Source: Eubacteriales bacterium (GTDB taxonomy: Bacteria > Bacillota > Clostridia > Oscillospirales > CAG-272). Taken from it: DNA of 61,627 nt. Shown here piece by piece: positions 35,490 to 43,979 of this stretch; position 1 is the stretch's first letter; each line of letters begins with the position of its first letter. The stretch is taken from NCBI GenBank assembly GCA_045588085.1, contig JAZNDN010000023.1:1-61627 (forward strand), given 5' to 3'. Position numbers and translations under genes: made by a program. The notes under the pieces are model-generated. The model saw nothing but the letters and a program-made list of their open reading frames with translations. It did not search any database and was not told where the DNA came from.

Positions 35490-36239
35490 TTATTTTAGCG
35501 ATAAAATCTTGTATAATGCCGATTCGGCGGTATCTACACGGTAATCAGCCGAGTCGTATAGGGCTTGCGAGCGCTGTCCTACCGCAAAAGCGTATTTTAC
35601 TCCGCGCATCATTGGAATATCGTTGTTTGCATCACCGATAGCCGCGACGTCAAGTCCTGAAATAAACAGCCTTGATTCAAGGTCGGAAAGAGCGGTGCCT
35701 TTGTGACAGAAACGGTTTACGTACTGCGTAGTGCTGTCGGTTTCGCCTCCGTTCCAATGCATACGCAATCCTATATGAGCCGGAAGTCTTAACGGAGATG
35801 AGAGAAGCGTTATTTTATATATTTTTTCCTTTACGGGAATTTCACTGATGCAGTCGATTTTTTCAGGCGCGAGCGGCATCAGATATTCCTCGCTTATTTC
35901 TCCCTGAACATAGCTTTTATATGCTGCATGGTATATACACGGCTTACCGCAGGTTGATTTTGCAATGAAATTGATATTTTCTTTTTCGATATGACGTCCG
36001 TATAAAACGTTGCCGCCTTTTACATAGTAGGCACCGTCGCAGCATACGTAATAAATATCATTTTCAAATTCGGGGAGGAAACGAATAAGCTCGCTGTACG
36101 TTCTGCCGGACGAAACTGCGAAATTCATACCGCGACCGAGAATTTCGTATATAAGATTCTTGACGTTGGTACATACCGATTTTTCACCGTACGGAATAAG
36201 TGTTCCGTCAAAGTCTGATACTATAAGCTTTATCATCAT
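35490..36239 (-). CDS. HAD-IIB (Cof-type) phosphatase
   Basis: MMIKLIVSDFDGTL motif I and GDANNDIPMM motif III. GGAGG lies 4-7 nt upstream of the ATGATG at 36239/36236; the track start at 36296 is over-extended. Confidence 0.8.
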   Translation of the reverse strand: MMIKLIVSDFDGTLIPYGEKSVCTNVKNLIYEILGRGMNFAVSSGRTYSELIRFLPEFENDIYYVCCDGAYYVKGGNVLYGRHIEKENINFIAKSTCGKPCIYHAAYKSYVQGEISEEYLMPLAPEKIDCISEIPVKEKIYKITLLSSPLRLPAHIGLRMHWNGGETDSTTQYVNRFCHKGTALSDLESRLFISGLDVAAIGDANNDIPMMRGVKYAFAVGQRSQALYDSADYRVDTAESALYKILSLK

Positions 36240-36320
36240 CGCACCTCCAATCCCGTTTGTTGAAAACATTTTAACATTGACCCAACGGTTTGTCAAGTAC
36301 CGTTACCAATATTAATACTG

Positions 36321-36349
36321 TTGACTATTTGGCGCATTCGCGTTATAAT
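36321..36349 (+). promoter_or_regulatory. sigma-A promoter of the aldo/keto reductase-flavoprotein operon
   Basis: TTGACT (36321-36326), 17 nt, TATAAT (36344-36349). Confidence 0.55.
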
Positions 36350-36384
36350 TATTATATAAAACTTGTAAATTTCGGGAGAATACT

Positions 36385-37530
36385 ATGAAATATTCAAACT
36401 CTTGGTATACGCCCTTTCCTGAGGTGAAGGGTAATTTTGGATTTGGCTGTATGAGACTTCCTCTGTTGGGAAACGGAGAGGTTGATAACGCTGAGTTTTC
36501 AAAAATGGTTGACGCATTTCTCGGTGAGGGCTTTAATTATTTTGATACGGCGCACGGTTATCTTGACGGGAAGAGCGAGAAGGCAATCCGTGAGTGCATT
36601 GCAAAGCGGCATCGCAGAGATGAGTTTTTGCTTACAAACAAGCTCTCAAACGGATTTTTTAAGAAGAACGAGGATATAAGACCGTTCTTTGAAAGTCAGC
36701 TTGAGGCGTGCGGGGTTGACTACTTTGATTTTTATCTGATGCACTCTCAGCAGAGAAGCATATACTCTAAGTATAAGCAGTGCCGCGCTTATGAGGAGGC
36801 TTTCAAGCTCAAGGAAGAGGGAAAGGTACGCTACGTTGGAATTTCAATTCACGATACCGCGGATTTTCTTGAGGAAATACTGAACGATTATCCGAATCTT
36901 GACGTTGTTCAGATACAGCTTAATTATGCCGATTACGAGGACCCGTCGGTGCAGAGCCGTGCGCTTCTTGAGGTCTGCCGCAAGCATGGAAAGCCGGTTA
37001 TCGTTATGGAACCTGTAAAGGGAGGTCATCTTGTAAATCTTCCTGCTCCCGCAAAGGCGTATCTTGCCAAACTCGGCGTAAGTCCGGCCAATCTTGCCAT
37101 ACGCTTCGCCGCAGGCTGCGAGGGCGTCTTTATGACGCTTTCGGGTATGGGAAATATGGATATGATGCGCGAGAACGTCGGTTTTATGAAGGAGTTCAAG
37201 CCGCTTGACCCGAAGGAAACGGAGGCGGTAGGTACAGTAAATAAAATGCTTAAGGCAGAGGGGCTTATATCCTGCACGGCATGCCGTTACTGTGTTGACG
37301 GATGTCCGAAAAACATATCAATACCCGACCTTATCGCTTGCGCTAACAATCATATAATATACAAGGGGGATTGGAACGCGGAGTTCTATTATGAAATACA
37401 TACCGAGGGCGGAAAGGGGAAGGCGTCGGATTGCATCAAGTGCGGTCTTTGCGAAGAAATTTGTCCTCAGCATCTGAAGATAAGAGATATTCTCACAGGC
37501 ATAGCTTCGGATTTCGAGAAAAAGTCGTGA
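36385..37530 (+). CDS. aldo/keto reductase fused to a C-terminal 2x[4Fe-4S] ferredoxin-like domain
   Basis: AKR motifs (GFGCMRLP, FNYFDTAHGYLDGKSE, YLMHS). C-terminal CTACRYCVDGCP and CIKCGLCEEICP. Confidence 0.8.
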   Translation: MKYSNSWYTPFPEVKGNFGFGCMRLPLLGNGEVDNAEFSKMVDAFLGEGFNYFDTAHGYLDGKSEKAIRECIAKRHRRDEFLLTNKLSNGFFKKNEDIRPFFESQLEACGVDYFDFYLMHSQQRSIYSKYKQCRAYEEAFKLKEEGKVRYVGISIHDTADFLEEILNDYPNLDVVQIQLNYADYEDPSVQSRALLEVCRKHGKPVIVMEPVKGGHLVNLPAPAKAYLAKLGVSPANLAIRFAAGCEGVFMTLSGMGNMDMMRENVGFMKEFKPLDPKETEAVGTVNKMLKAEGLISCTACRYCVDGCPKNISIPDLIACANNHIIYKGDWNAEFYYEIHTEGGKGKASDCIKCGLCEEICPQHLKIRDILTGIASDFEKKS

Positions 37531-37551
37531 TTGCCGGAAAGGAAATATGTA

Positions 37552-38163
37552 ATGAAGGTTTTAATGATTAACGCGAGCCCCAGGAAAGATGGAAATACTA
37601 CGCTCGCTTTAGAGGAAATGAAAAAGGTCTTTGATAAAAACGGAATAGAAACCGAAATTGTCCGTGTAGGTGGGCTTGAGGTCAGCGGTTGTATAGGCTG
37701 CTCATTCTGCTATAAAAACGGCAGATGCGTCAAGGAGGATATCGTAAACGAGCTCGCAAAGAAATTTGAGGATGCGGACGGACTCGTAGTTGGCACCCCC
37801 GTGTACTACTCATCGCCCAACGGAACAGTTATATCCTTGCTTGACAGACTCTTTTATTCGTCGCATTTTTCGAAATGCATGAAGGTCGGTGCCGCAGTTT
37901 GCGCGGCTCGCCGCGGTGGTCTTGCAACTACCTTTGACGTTTTGAATAAATATTTTGCTGTAAGCGGTATGCCTATTGCTACCTCGTCCTACTGGAACGA
38001 CGTTCACGGCAGAAAGGTCGGAGAAGCGGCAAACGACCTAGAAGGCATGCAAACCATGCGCAATCTTGCCGAAAACATGACGTTCCTTATGAAGAGTATA
38101 GCACTTGGTAAAAAGGAATACGGCGAGAGGGAGATGGAGAAGAAAATCTACACCAACCTTTAA
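37552..38163 (+). CDS. flavodoxin-like NAD(P)H-dependent FMN reductase / iron-sulfur flavoprotein
   Basis: MKVLMINASPRKDGNT, CIGCSFCYKNGRC and GTPVYYSSPNG motifs. ATG 37552 after GGAAAGGAAA. Confidence 0.75.
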   Translation: MKVLMINASPRKDGNTTLALEEMKKVFDKNGIETEIVRVGGLEVSGCIGCSFCYKNGRCVKEDIVNELAKKFEDADGLVVGTPVYYSSPNGTVISLLDRLFYSSHFSKCMKVGAAVCAARRGGLATTFDVLNKYFAVSGMPIATSSYWNDVHGRKVGEAANDLEGMQTMRNLAENMTFLMKSIALGKKEYGEREMEKKIYTNL

Positions 38164-38177
38164 TTTTTGGTGTATTT

Positions 38178-38326
38178 TGCGCCTAAGCGCCGTTTGGACT
38201 CACTCGACGTATGAAAATACGCCTTCGGAGCCCAAGCCAACACTTAAGCATCAAAATACCCACAAAAATTTGTTTTCTGCACTTGCGCCTAAGCGCTGTT
38301 TGAACTCACTTGACATATAAAAGATA
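38178..38326. repeat. imperfect ~41-bp direct repeat pair in a non-coding spacer
   Basis: TGCGCCTAAGCGCCGTTTGGACTCACTCGACGTATGAAAATA (about 38178-38219) versus TGCGCCTAAGCGCTGTTTGAACTCACTTGACATATAAAAGATA (about 38283-38326). Confidence 0.6.
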
Positions 38327-38359
38327 TACCCTAATATCAAAGCTTGGATTTTAGAGTAA

Positions 38360-38405
38360 AAAAAGTACACGCCTCGGTTAATGATTGTACCGAGGCGTGA
38401 ATTTT
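38360..38405. terminator. bidirectional intrinsic terminator
   Basis: Stem CACGCCTCGGT / ACCGAGGCGTG flanked by AAAAAAGTA upstream and AATTTTA downstream. Confidence 0.65.
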
Positions 38406-38409
38406 ATAA

Positions 38410-39636
38410 TTATTTTTTTTCGGGAATGCCGTATCTTTCGATTACATAATCCATATCCTTATCACCTCTGCCGGAGAGGTTTATAAGTATGGAGCCCTTG
38501 CCCATTTCCTTTGCCAGCTTAACGGCATATGCCACAGCGTGTGCGCTTTCAATAGCGGGTATGATACCCTCAAGACGAGAAAGACGGAAGAACGAGTCGA
38601 TGGTTTCATCATCACCGATTGCATCGTAGTGAACTCTGCCGGCGTCGCGAAGGAATGCGTGCTCAGGACCGGAAGAGGGGTAATCAAGACCGCTTGCGAC
38701 CGAGTAGACCGGAGCGGGTTCGCCGTTTTCGTCCTTGAGCATAACGCTGTTGAAGCCGTGCATTATTCCCTCGGAGCCGTACTTGAGGCTTGCCGCGTGG
38801 TCTCCGAGCTTCTCACCTCTGCCAAGGGGCTCAACTCCGTATATTTCGACAGGGTCGTTAAGGAAGCCGGAGAAGAAGCCTGCGGCATTCGAACCGCCAC
38901 CGACGCAGGCAACGATAGCGTCGGGAAGCTCTCCGGTCATGTCAAGGAATTGCTCTCTTGACTCAATACCGACGACGCTCTGGAAATCTCTTACCATCAT
39001 AGGAAAAGGATGAGGGCCGACTACCGAGCCGATGCAGTAAATAGCGTCCTTGTATTCTCTTGCATACGCTTCAAAGGCGGAGTCAACCGCCTCCTTGAGA
39101 GTTGCGAGGCCGTGTGTTACCTCAACGACGTTTGCACCGAGTATCTTCATTCTGGCAACGTTGGGCGCTTGCTTCTGAATATCAACCGTGCCCATGTAAA
39201 TATCGCATTCAAGTCCGAAATAAGCAGCGGCAGTCGCAAGTGCGACACCGTGCTGTCCTGCACCGGTCTCGGCAATTACTTTTTTCTTGCCCATGTACTT
39301 TGCAAGAAGCGCCTCGCCCATGCAGTGATTGAGCTTATGCGCACCGGTATGGTTAAGGTCCTCGCGCTTAGCGTAAAGCTGAACGTTTCCGATGCTTGCC
39401 GAAAGCCTTTCAAGATAGGATATCGGAGTAGGTCTGCCCTGAAATTCGCGGCGGATGCGGCGAAGCTCGCTGATAAACTTTCTTGATTTGCATATAGTGA
39501 AATAAGCTTCGGTTATTTCATTCATCGCAGCCTGAAGCTCCGGGGCGATAAAAGAGCCGCCGTATTTTCCAAAATATCCGTTTGCATCGGGGTAGTTTTT
39601 AAAATAAGTGTCATAATCAATTCCGTTAAATTTCAT
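38410..39636 (-). CDS. trpB: stand-alone tryptophan synthase beta-chain-like PLP enzyme
   Basis: [26 protein letters not shown] (PLP lysine), GAGQHGVA and GGGSNAAG motifs. No trpA or other trp genes in the window. Confidence 0.85.
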   Translation of the reverse strand: MKFNGIDYDTYFKNYPDANGYFGKYGGSFIAPELQAAMNEITEAYFTICKSRKFISELRRIRREFQGRPTPISYLERLSASIGNVQLYAKREDLNHTGAHKLNHCMGEALLAKYMGKKKVIAETGAGQHGVALATAAAYFGLECDIYMGTVDIQKQAPNVARMKILGANVVEVTHGLATLKEAVDSAFEAYAREYKDAIYCIGSVVGPHPFPMMVRDFQSVVGIESREQFLDMTGELPDAIVACVGGGSNAAGFFSGFLNDPVEIYGVEPLGRGEKLGDHAASLKYGSEGIMHGFNSVMLKDENGEPAPVYSVASGLDYPSSGPEHAFLRDAGRVHYDAIGDDETIDSFFRLSRLEGIIPAIESAHAVAYAVKLAKEMGKGSILINLSGRGDKDMDYVIERYGIPEKK

Positions 39637-39777
39637 TTTTCAATCCTCTTTAATATTCGTATTCGTTTTTGGTATGAGCCTTTGTTATTTCAGAAATTAA
39701 AATCCTCAGGCTCACGCCATCGCTTGCTTTTCATTGCTTTGTCCTCCGTAGGTGAAAGTCGGCCGCCGGTATTAAAA

Positions 39778-40018
39778 CAAAAAATCCCCGACGAAAAATC
39801 GCCAAGGACGAAAAAATCGCTATGCCACCTTGTTCGATAGAGTACCAACATACTCGCGGCAGCTTACGCGTGCCCTGCGTCAGAAGCTAATAAAGCAAAA
39901 TCTCTTTCACCTCTGCCCTCCGCGGTCCATTTGATAGCTTGTTTTTTACCCGATTCTCAGCAACGCGGGCTCTCTGTGAAAGCATCACTACCGTTATCTC
40001 CGCTTCAACGGTTTTACG
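39778..40018 (-). promoter_or_regulatory. T-box riboswitch leader, probable Trp (UGG) specifier
   Basis: Read on the minus strand. Stem I base CTTTCAC...GTGAAAG with AGAGAG and GCUGAGA elements. Specifier-like AAAUGGA (UGG = complement of 39927-39929) just 5' of the closing CGCGG helix. T-box-like AACAAGGUGGCAUAGCG (39818-39834). Terminator CCUUGGCG-AUUUUU-CGUCGGGG plus AUUUUUU (39778-39807). Confidence 0.7.
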
Positions 40019-40024
40019 GAATAG

Positions 40025-40053
40025 ATTATAGCACGGAAAACACCGTTTGTCAA
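40025..40053 (-). promoter_or_regulatory. consensus sigma-A promoter driving the T-box leader
   Basis: Minus strand TTGACA (complement of 40048-40053), 17 nt, TATAAT (complement of 40025-40030). Confidence 0.7.
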
Positions 40054-40119
40054 CCCCGAGGCAAAAAAAGCCGATTATTACTTTATTTTAACGCCAAAGA
40101 GGCATATTTGAGATTTCTT

Positions 40120-40148
40120 TTGACATTTTCGCGCGCCTGTGATAGAAT
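40120..40148 (+). promoter_or_regulatory. sigma-A promoter for adenine deaminase
   Basis: TTGACA (40120-40125), 17 nt, TAGAAT (40143-40148). Confidence 0.55.
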
Positions 40149-40205
40149 ATAAATATAAAACATTTCACGCGGCGCAGGCGACACCTGCGTCGAATAGGAG
40201 AGATT

Positions 40206-41906
40206 ATGAAGCTTTTGTTTAAGGGCGGACGAATAGTGAACGTTTTTACGGGCGAGTGCCCGCTTTGCGACGTTCTTGTGGAAAACGACAAAATCATAGC
40301 AATAGGCGATATAAAAGAGCTTGCGGATTATAAGGTCGTAGACGTAAGGGACAGGCTTATCTCCCCCGGCTTTATAGACGGACACATTCATATAGAGAGT
40401 ACAATGCTTTCGCCTGCGGAGTTTGCAAGAGCTTGCGTAACTCACGGAACGACGGCAGTTATCGCGGACCCGCACGAGATTGCCAATGTTGCGGGGGTTC
40501 CCGGAATAAAATACATGCTCGAGGCAAGCGAGGGCTTACCCGTGTCGGTTTATATCGCGCTTCCGTCCTGCGTTCCCGCAACGGCATTCTGCGAGTCCGG
40601 AGCTACACTCAGCGCCTCCGAGCTTGAGGAGCTTTACGGGCACGAGCGCGTAGTGGCACTCGGCGAGGTTATGAATTACTTTGGAGTAATCAACCGTGAC
40701 AGCGACCTTATGCAGAAGATTGCAGATGCTAAGAGGTATGGCAGAGTAGTGAACGGGCACGCACCTCTTCTCACAGGCGAGCCGCTCTCGTCTTACGTAG
40801 CCGCGGGAATTAAGGACGACCATGAGTGCACCTCCTTTGACGAGGCTGCCGAGCGCATTTCTCTTGGGCAGCGTGTTATGATAAGGCAGGGAACGGCGGC
40901 GAAAAATCTTGACGCGCTTCTCCCTCTTTTCGATACCGATGCAAAGCACAGATGCCTGCTTGTCAGTGATGACAAACACCCGGCAGACCTTATTGCATTG
41001 GGCCATTTGGACGAGGTTATAAGACGTGCTGTTCATGCAGGGAAAAACGTGGTTGACGCTGTGAGAATGGCAAGCCTTAACGCCGCAGAGCATTTCGGAA
41101 TTAAGGATACCGGTGCTATTGCGCCTGGTTACTATGCCGATATTGTTGTTTTTGACAGTGCCGAGAGCTTACAGGTTCAGGCGGTTTATAAGCGCGGAGT
41201 GCTTGTTGCCGAGGGCGGTACGGCGCGCGAGTTCGATATGCCAAAGGTCAGCGAGGAGCTTGAGATAGCGGTTCGTTCCTCATTCAAGCTGGATAAGCTT
41301 TCGCAAAAAGACTTTGAAATTCTTTCCGAGGGCAAAAGACTATGTCGAGTTATATCTATCGTAGCCGGAGAGCTTCTTACGGAACAGAAGCTTTTTGAGA
41401 TAGATTTCGGTGTCGGAGGCGGCTCTGATACGAAGCGCGATATCCTGAAGCTTGCCGTTATAGAAAGACATAAAAGCACAGGGCATATAGGTCTTGGATA
41501 CGTACACGGTGCCGGTCTTAAATGCGGTGCTATTGCATCATCGGTTTCACACGATTCACACAATCTTATCGTCATCGGAGTGACAGATTCCGACATGGCA
41601 GCAGCGGCAAACCGCATAAGAGAATTAGGCGGCGGACTTGCGGTTGTCAAGGATGGGGTTGTGATAGCGCAAATGCCTCTTTCGATAGCAGGACTTATGA
41701 CCGATGCGGAGTGTGCCGAGGCGGCAAGGCAAAACGAAGAGGTACGTGCGGCAGTATATGAGCTTGGCGCTCCGTCTGACATTGAGCCGTTTATGAATAT
41801 GGCGTTTGTCAGCCTGCCGGTTATTCCTCATCTTAAAATGACGACTCACGGACTTGTAGATGTAGGTTCCCAAAAATTGCTTCCGCTTTTTGTGGACGAG
41901 GCGTAA
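40206..41906 (+). CDS. ade: adenine deaminase
   Basis: Amidohydrolase pattern of Ade: LLFKGGRIVNVFTGE...DVLVENDKIIAIGD...ISPGFIDGHIHIESTML...TAVIADPHEIANV. 566 aa. Confidence 0.85.
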   Translation: MKLLFKGGRIVNVFTGECPLCDVLVENDKIIAIGDIKELADYKVVDVRDRLISPGFIDGHIHIESTMLSPAEFARACVTHGTTAVIADPHEIANVAGVPGIKYMLEASEGLPVSVYIALPSCVPATAFCESGATLSASELEELYGHERVVALGEVMNYFGVINRDSDLMQKIADAKRYGRVVNGHAPLLTGEPLSSYVAAGIKDDHECTSFDEAAERISLGQRVMIRQGTAAKNLDALLPLFDTDAKHRCLLVSDDKHPADLIALGHLDEVIRRAVHAGKNVVDAVRMASLNAAEHFGIKDTGAIAPGYYADIVVFDSAESLQVQAVYKRGVLVAEGGTAREFDMPKVSEELEIAVRSSFKLDKLSQKDFEILSEGKRLCRVISIVAGELLTEQKLFEIDFGVGGGSDTKRDILKLAVIERHKSTGHIGLGYVHGAGLKCGAIASSVSHDSHNLIVIGVTDSDMAAAANRIRELGGGLAVVKDGVVIAQMPLSIAGLMTDAECAEAARQNEEVRAAVYELGAPSDIEPFMNMAFVSLPVIPHLKMTTHGLVDVGSQKLLPLFVDEA

Positions 41907-41909
41907 CGG

Positions 41910-41938
41910 TTGACAACCGTCACAAAAAGTTGTAAAAT
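41910..41938 (+). promoter_or_regulatory. sigma-A promoter for the RyR-domain gene pair, -35 embedded in a palindrome
   Basis: TTGACA (41910-41915), 17 nt, TAAAAT (41933-41938) with an upstream TG. ACGGTTG-A-CAACCGT palindrome at 41906-41920. Confidence 0.5.
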
Positions 41939-41978
41939 GTCATTATAAATTATAAATTCTGTATAATCGGAGGCTTAT

Positions 41979-43979
41979 ATGTTCATCGGTACTATGTGTA
42001 CGGTATGTCTTATAGCGTCACTTGCTTTTGTTTTGGCGGGATTCGCCGCCGCAGCCCGACAGCACAAAAAGGAGTTTTCGATGAAAGGCGATGCGCTTTA
42101 TAAGAAGCACACGATACTTACGCCCTTTCAGTCGTTCCTCATATGCTACTATTTCGGCGTAGCTCTTCTGTTTTTACCCATATATTTCTATGAATATTTC
42201 ACCTCCGGGATTATGTTTACGAGAGTTTTGAAAACAGTGAGTCTTTCGATGCACAATGCATTCAGGGTGTTTATTCTGGACGGCGATTTTAACGACTTTA
42301 TAGGCGTTATAAGCGATACCGAAAGGGTCAGCAGAACGCTCGGAGAAATATACACGGGATACGGTGCTATACTGTTCATAGCATCACCCGTTATGACTGC
42401 AGGATTCGTACTCTCGTTCTTTAAGAACATTTCCGCGCTTCTCAGATACACCTTCAAGCGCGCAGACGAAATCTGCTATATTTCAGAGCTCAGCGAGGTA
42501 TCCATAGCACTCGCTACGAACATTCTCACCGAGCAAAGAGAAGAGCGTGAATCCGAAAAAAAGAAGAGAAGCCGAAAAAAGCCTATGGTTGTTTTCTTTG
42601 ACGTGTTTGAAAAGAACGAGGAGGCGGATACCGAGACGATTGACAGAGCGAAACGGCTTGGCTGTATCTGCTTCAGCAAGGATATAACCGAAATCGGACT
42701 TAAGCTTTCCCGTCGGATAAAGAGAAAGTTCTATTTTATAGGCGAAAACTCAGATGAGAACATCAAGCAGGCAATAACAATGATAAATCATTGCCGAGAG
42801 GCAAGAGGCGGAAGATATAATACCGCGAATACCGAATTTTACGTATTTTCCACCACCACCGAGAGCGAGGCTCTTCTGGATTCGGTTGATAACGGCAATA
42901 TGAAGCTTCGCCGTGTCAACGAAAAGCGCAATCTTATTATAGGAACCGTTCTGAAGTCCGACGTCTTTAAAAATTACATTATCGACGAAGAGGGCGATAA
43001 ATGCATAAACACGCTGATAATCGGCTCAGGAAGCTACGGAACCGAGTTCTTGAAAACTTTATGCTGGTGCGGACAGATTCCCGGGTATAAGGTGAAAATA
43101 CATATTGCCGACAAATGCTCCGATATACTGTCTCCGCTTAAAAATATAGCTCCAGAGCTTATAAGCCGCGGAATTATAGAGGGTGAGGACAGAACGGAGC
43201 CCGACGGACCTTACTATGAAATATACACGCACCCCGACGTTGACGTTACCGACAGCACTCTTAGCGAGCTGATTGACAGCATTGAGCAGCCGACGGCTGT
43301 GTTTGTCACTCTCGGTAACGACGAGCTTAACGTTGAGACGGCAATGAAGCTTCGAGGCCTTATATCGCGCAGGTCGCGCTCGGAAGAAAAGCCACAGATT
43401 TATACGGTAGTTTACAGCTCAATCAAAAATATTACGTTCGCTCAGAACGGAGGGTTGAGGAGTCTTGGCAAGGACAACTACGACATAACCTTTATAGGCG
43501 ATATGCGGGAGAGATATTCTCTTAAGGTTATTGAGCAAAGAAACCTTGAGCGCTACGGCTTGAGGATACACAATGCATGGATAGACCGCATGGACGAGCA
43601 GATGCGTGCCGAAAAGAACTACTCTGCCGAAAAGATAAAGCAGCTGTACCGTGAGAACAGCGAGTGTTACGAGAAATACGAGTATTTCCGCCGTGCGTCT
43701 ATTGCAACGGTAGTGCATATGCTTGTTATGAAAAAGCTTGGTATAGATTTCGGCTCGGATATAGAGGGACTTCAGCTTGCCGAGCACAAGAGATGGTGCG
43801 CGTTTATGCGAACGGAGGGCTACGTTTTCGATAAATCCAGAAAGGATAAAATCGCAAAAACGCATCCCGACCTTCGTCCTTATTACGAGCTTTCCGCAGA
43901 ATGCAGAAGGAAGGACTCGATAGCACTTTACGACAGTATTGCCGACGAAGACGAGAGAATGGGAGATTTGAAATGCTGA
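41979..43979 (+). CDS. membrane protein with Rossmann-like module(s) and C-terminal RyR-like domain (paralog A)
   Basis: About 4 N-terminal TM helices and a charged KKKRSRKK linker. GxGxxG module (LIIGSGSYGTEFL...KVKIHIADK). C-terminal AEHKRWCAFMRTEGYVFDKSRKDKIAKTHPDLRPYYELSAECRRKD resembles the RyR repeat domain (HE.W...GW.....D...K.HP.LVPY.EL.E..K..D). Confidence 0.6.
   Translation: MFIGTMCTVCLIASLAFVLAGFAAAARQHKKEFSMKGDALYKKHTILTPFQSFLICYYFGVALLFLPIYFYEYFTSGIMFTRVLKTVSLSMHNAFRVFILDGDFNDFIGVISDTERVSRTLGEIYTGYGAILFIASPVMTAGFVLSFFKNISALLRYTFKRADEICYISELSEVSIALATNILTEQREERESEKKKRSRKKPMVVFFDVFEKNEEADTETIDRAKRLGCICFSKDITEIGLKLSRRIKRKFYFIGENSDENIKQAITMINHCREARGGRYNTANTEFYVFSTTTESEALLDSVDNGNMKLRRVNEKRNLIIGTVLKSDVFKNYIIDEEGDKCINTLIIGSGSYGTEFLKTLCWCGQIPGYKVKIHIADKCSDILSPLKNIAPELISRGIIEGEDRTEPDGPYYEIYTHPDVDVTDSTLSELIDSIEQPTAVFVTLGNDELNVETAMKLRGLISRRSRSEEKPQIYTVVYSSIKNITFAQNGGLRSLGKDNYDITFIGDMRERYSLKVIEQRNLERYGLRIHNAWIDRMDEQMRAEKNYSAEKIKQLYRENSECYEKYEYFRRASIATVVHMLVMKKLGIDFGSDIEGLQLAEHKRWCAFMRTEGYVFDKSRKDKIAKTHPDLRPYYELSAECRRKDSIALYDSIADEDERMGDLKC

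Noticed and set aside
39690-39734. 14-codon minus-strand ORF (MKSKRWREPEDFNF) with a GGAGGA RBS, located between the T-box terminator and trpB
   Set aside because: It is tempting to read this as a Trp leader peptide. However, it has a single Trp codon, no overlapping terminator/antiterminator, and the T-box already explains Trp sensing. Kept only as an unverified small ORF.
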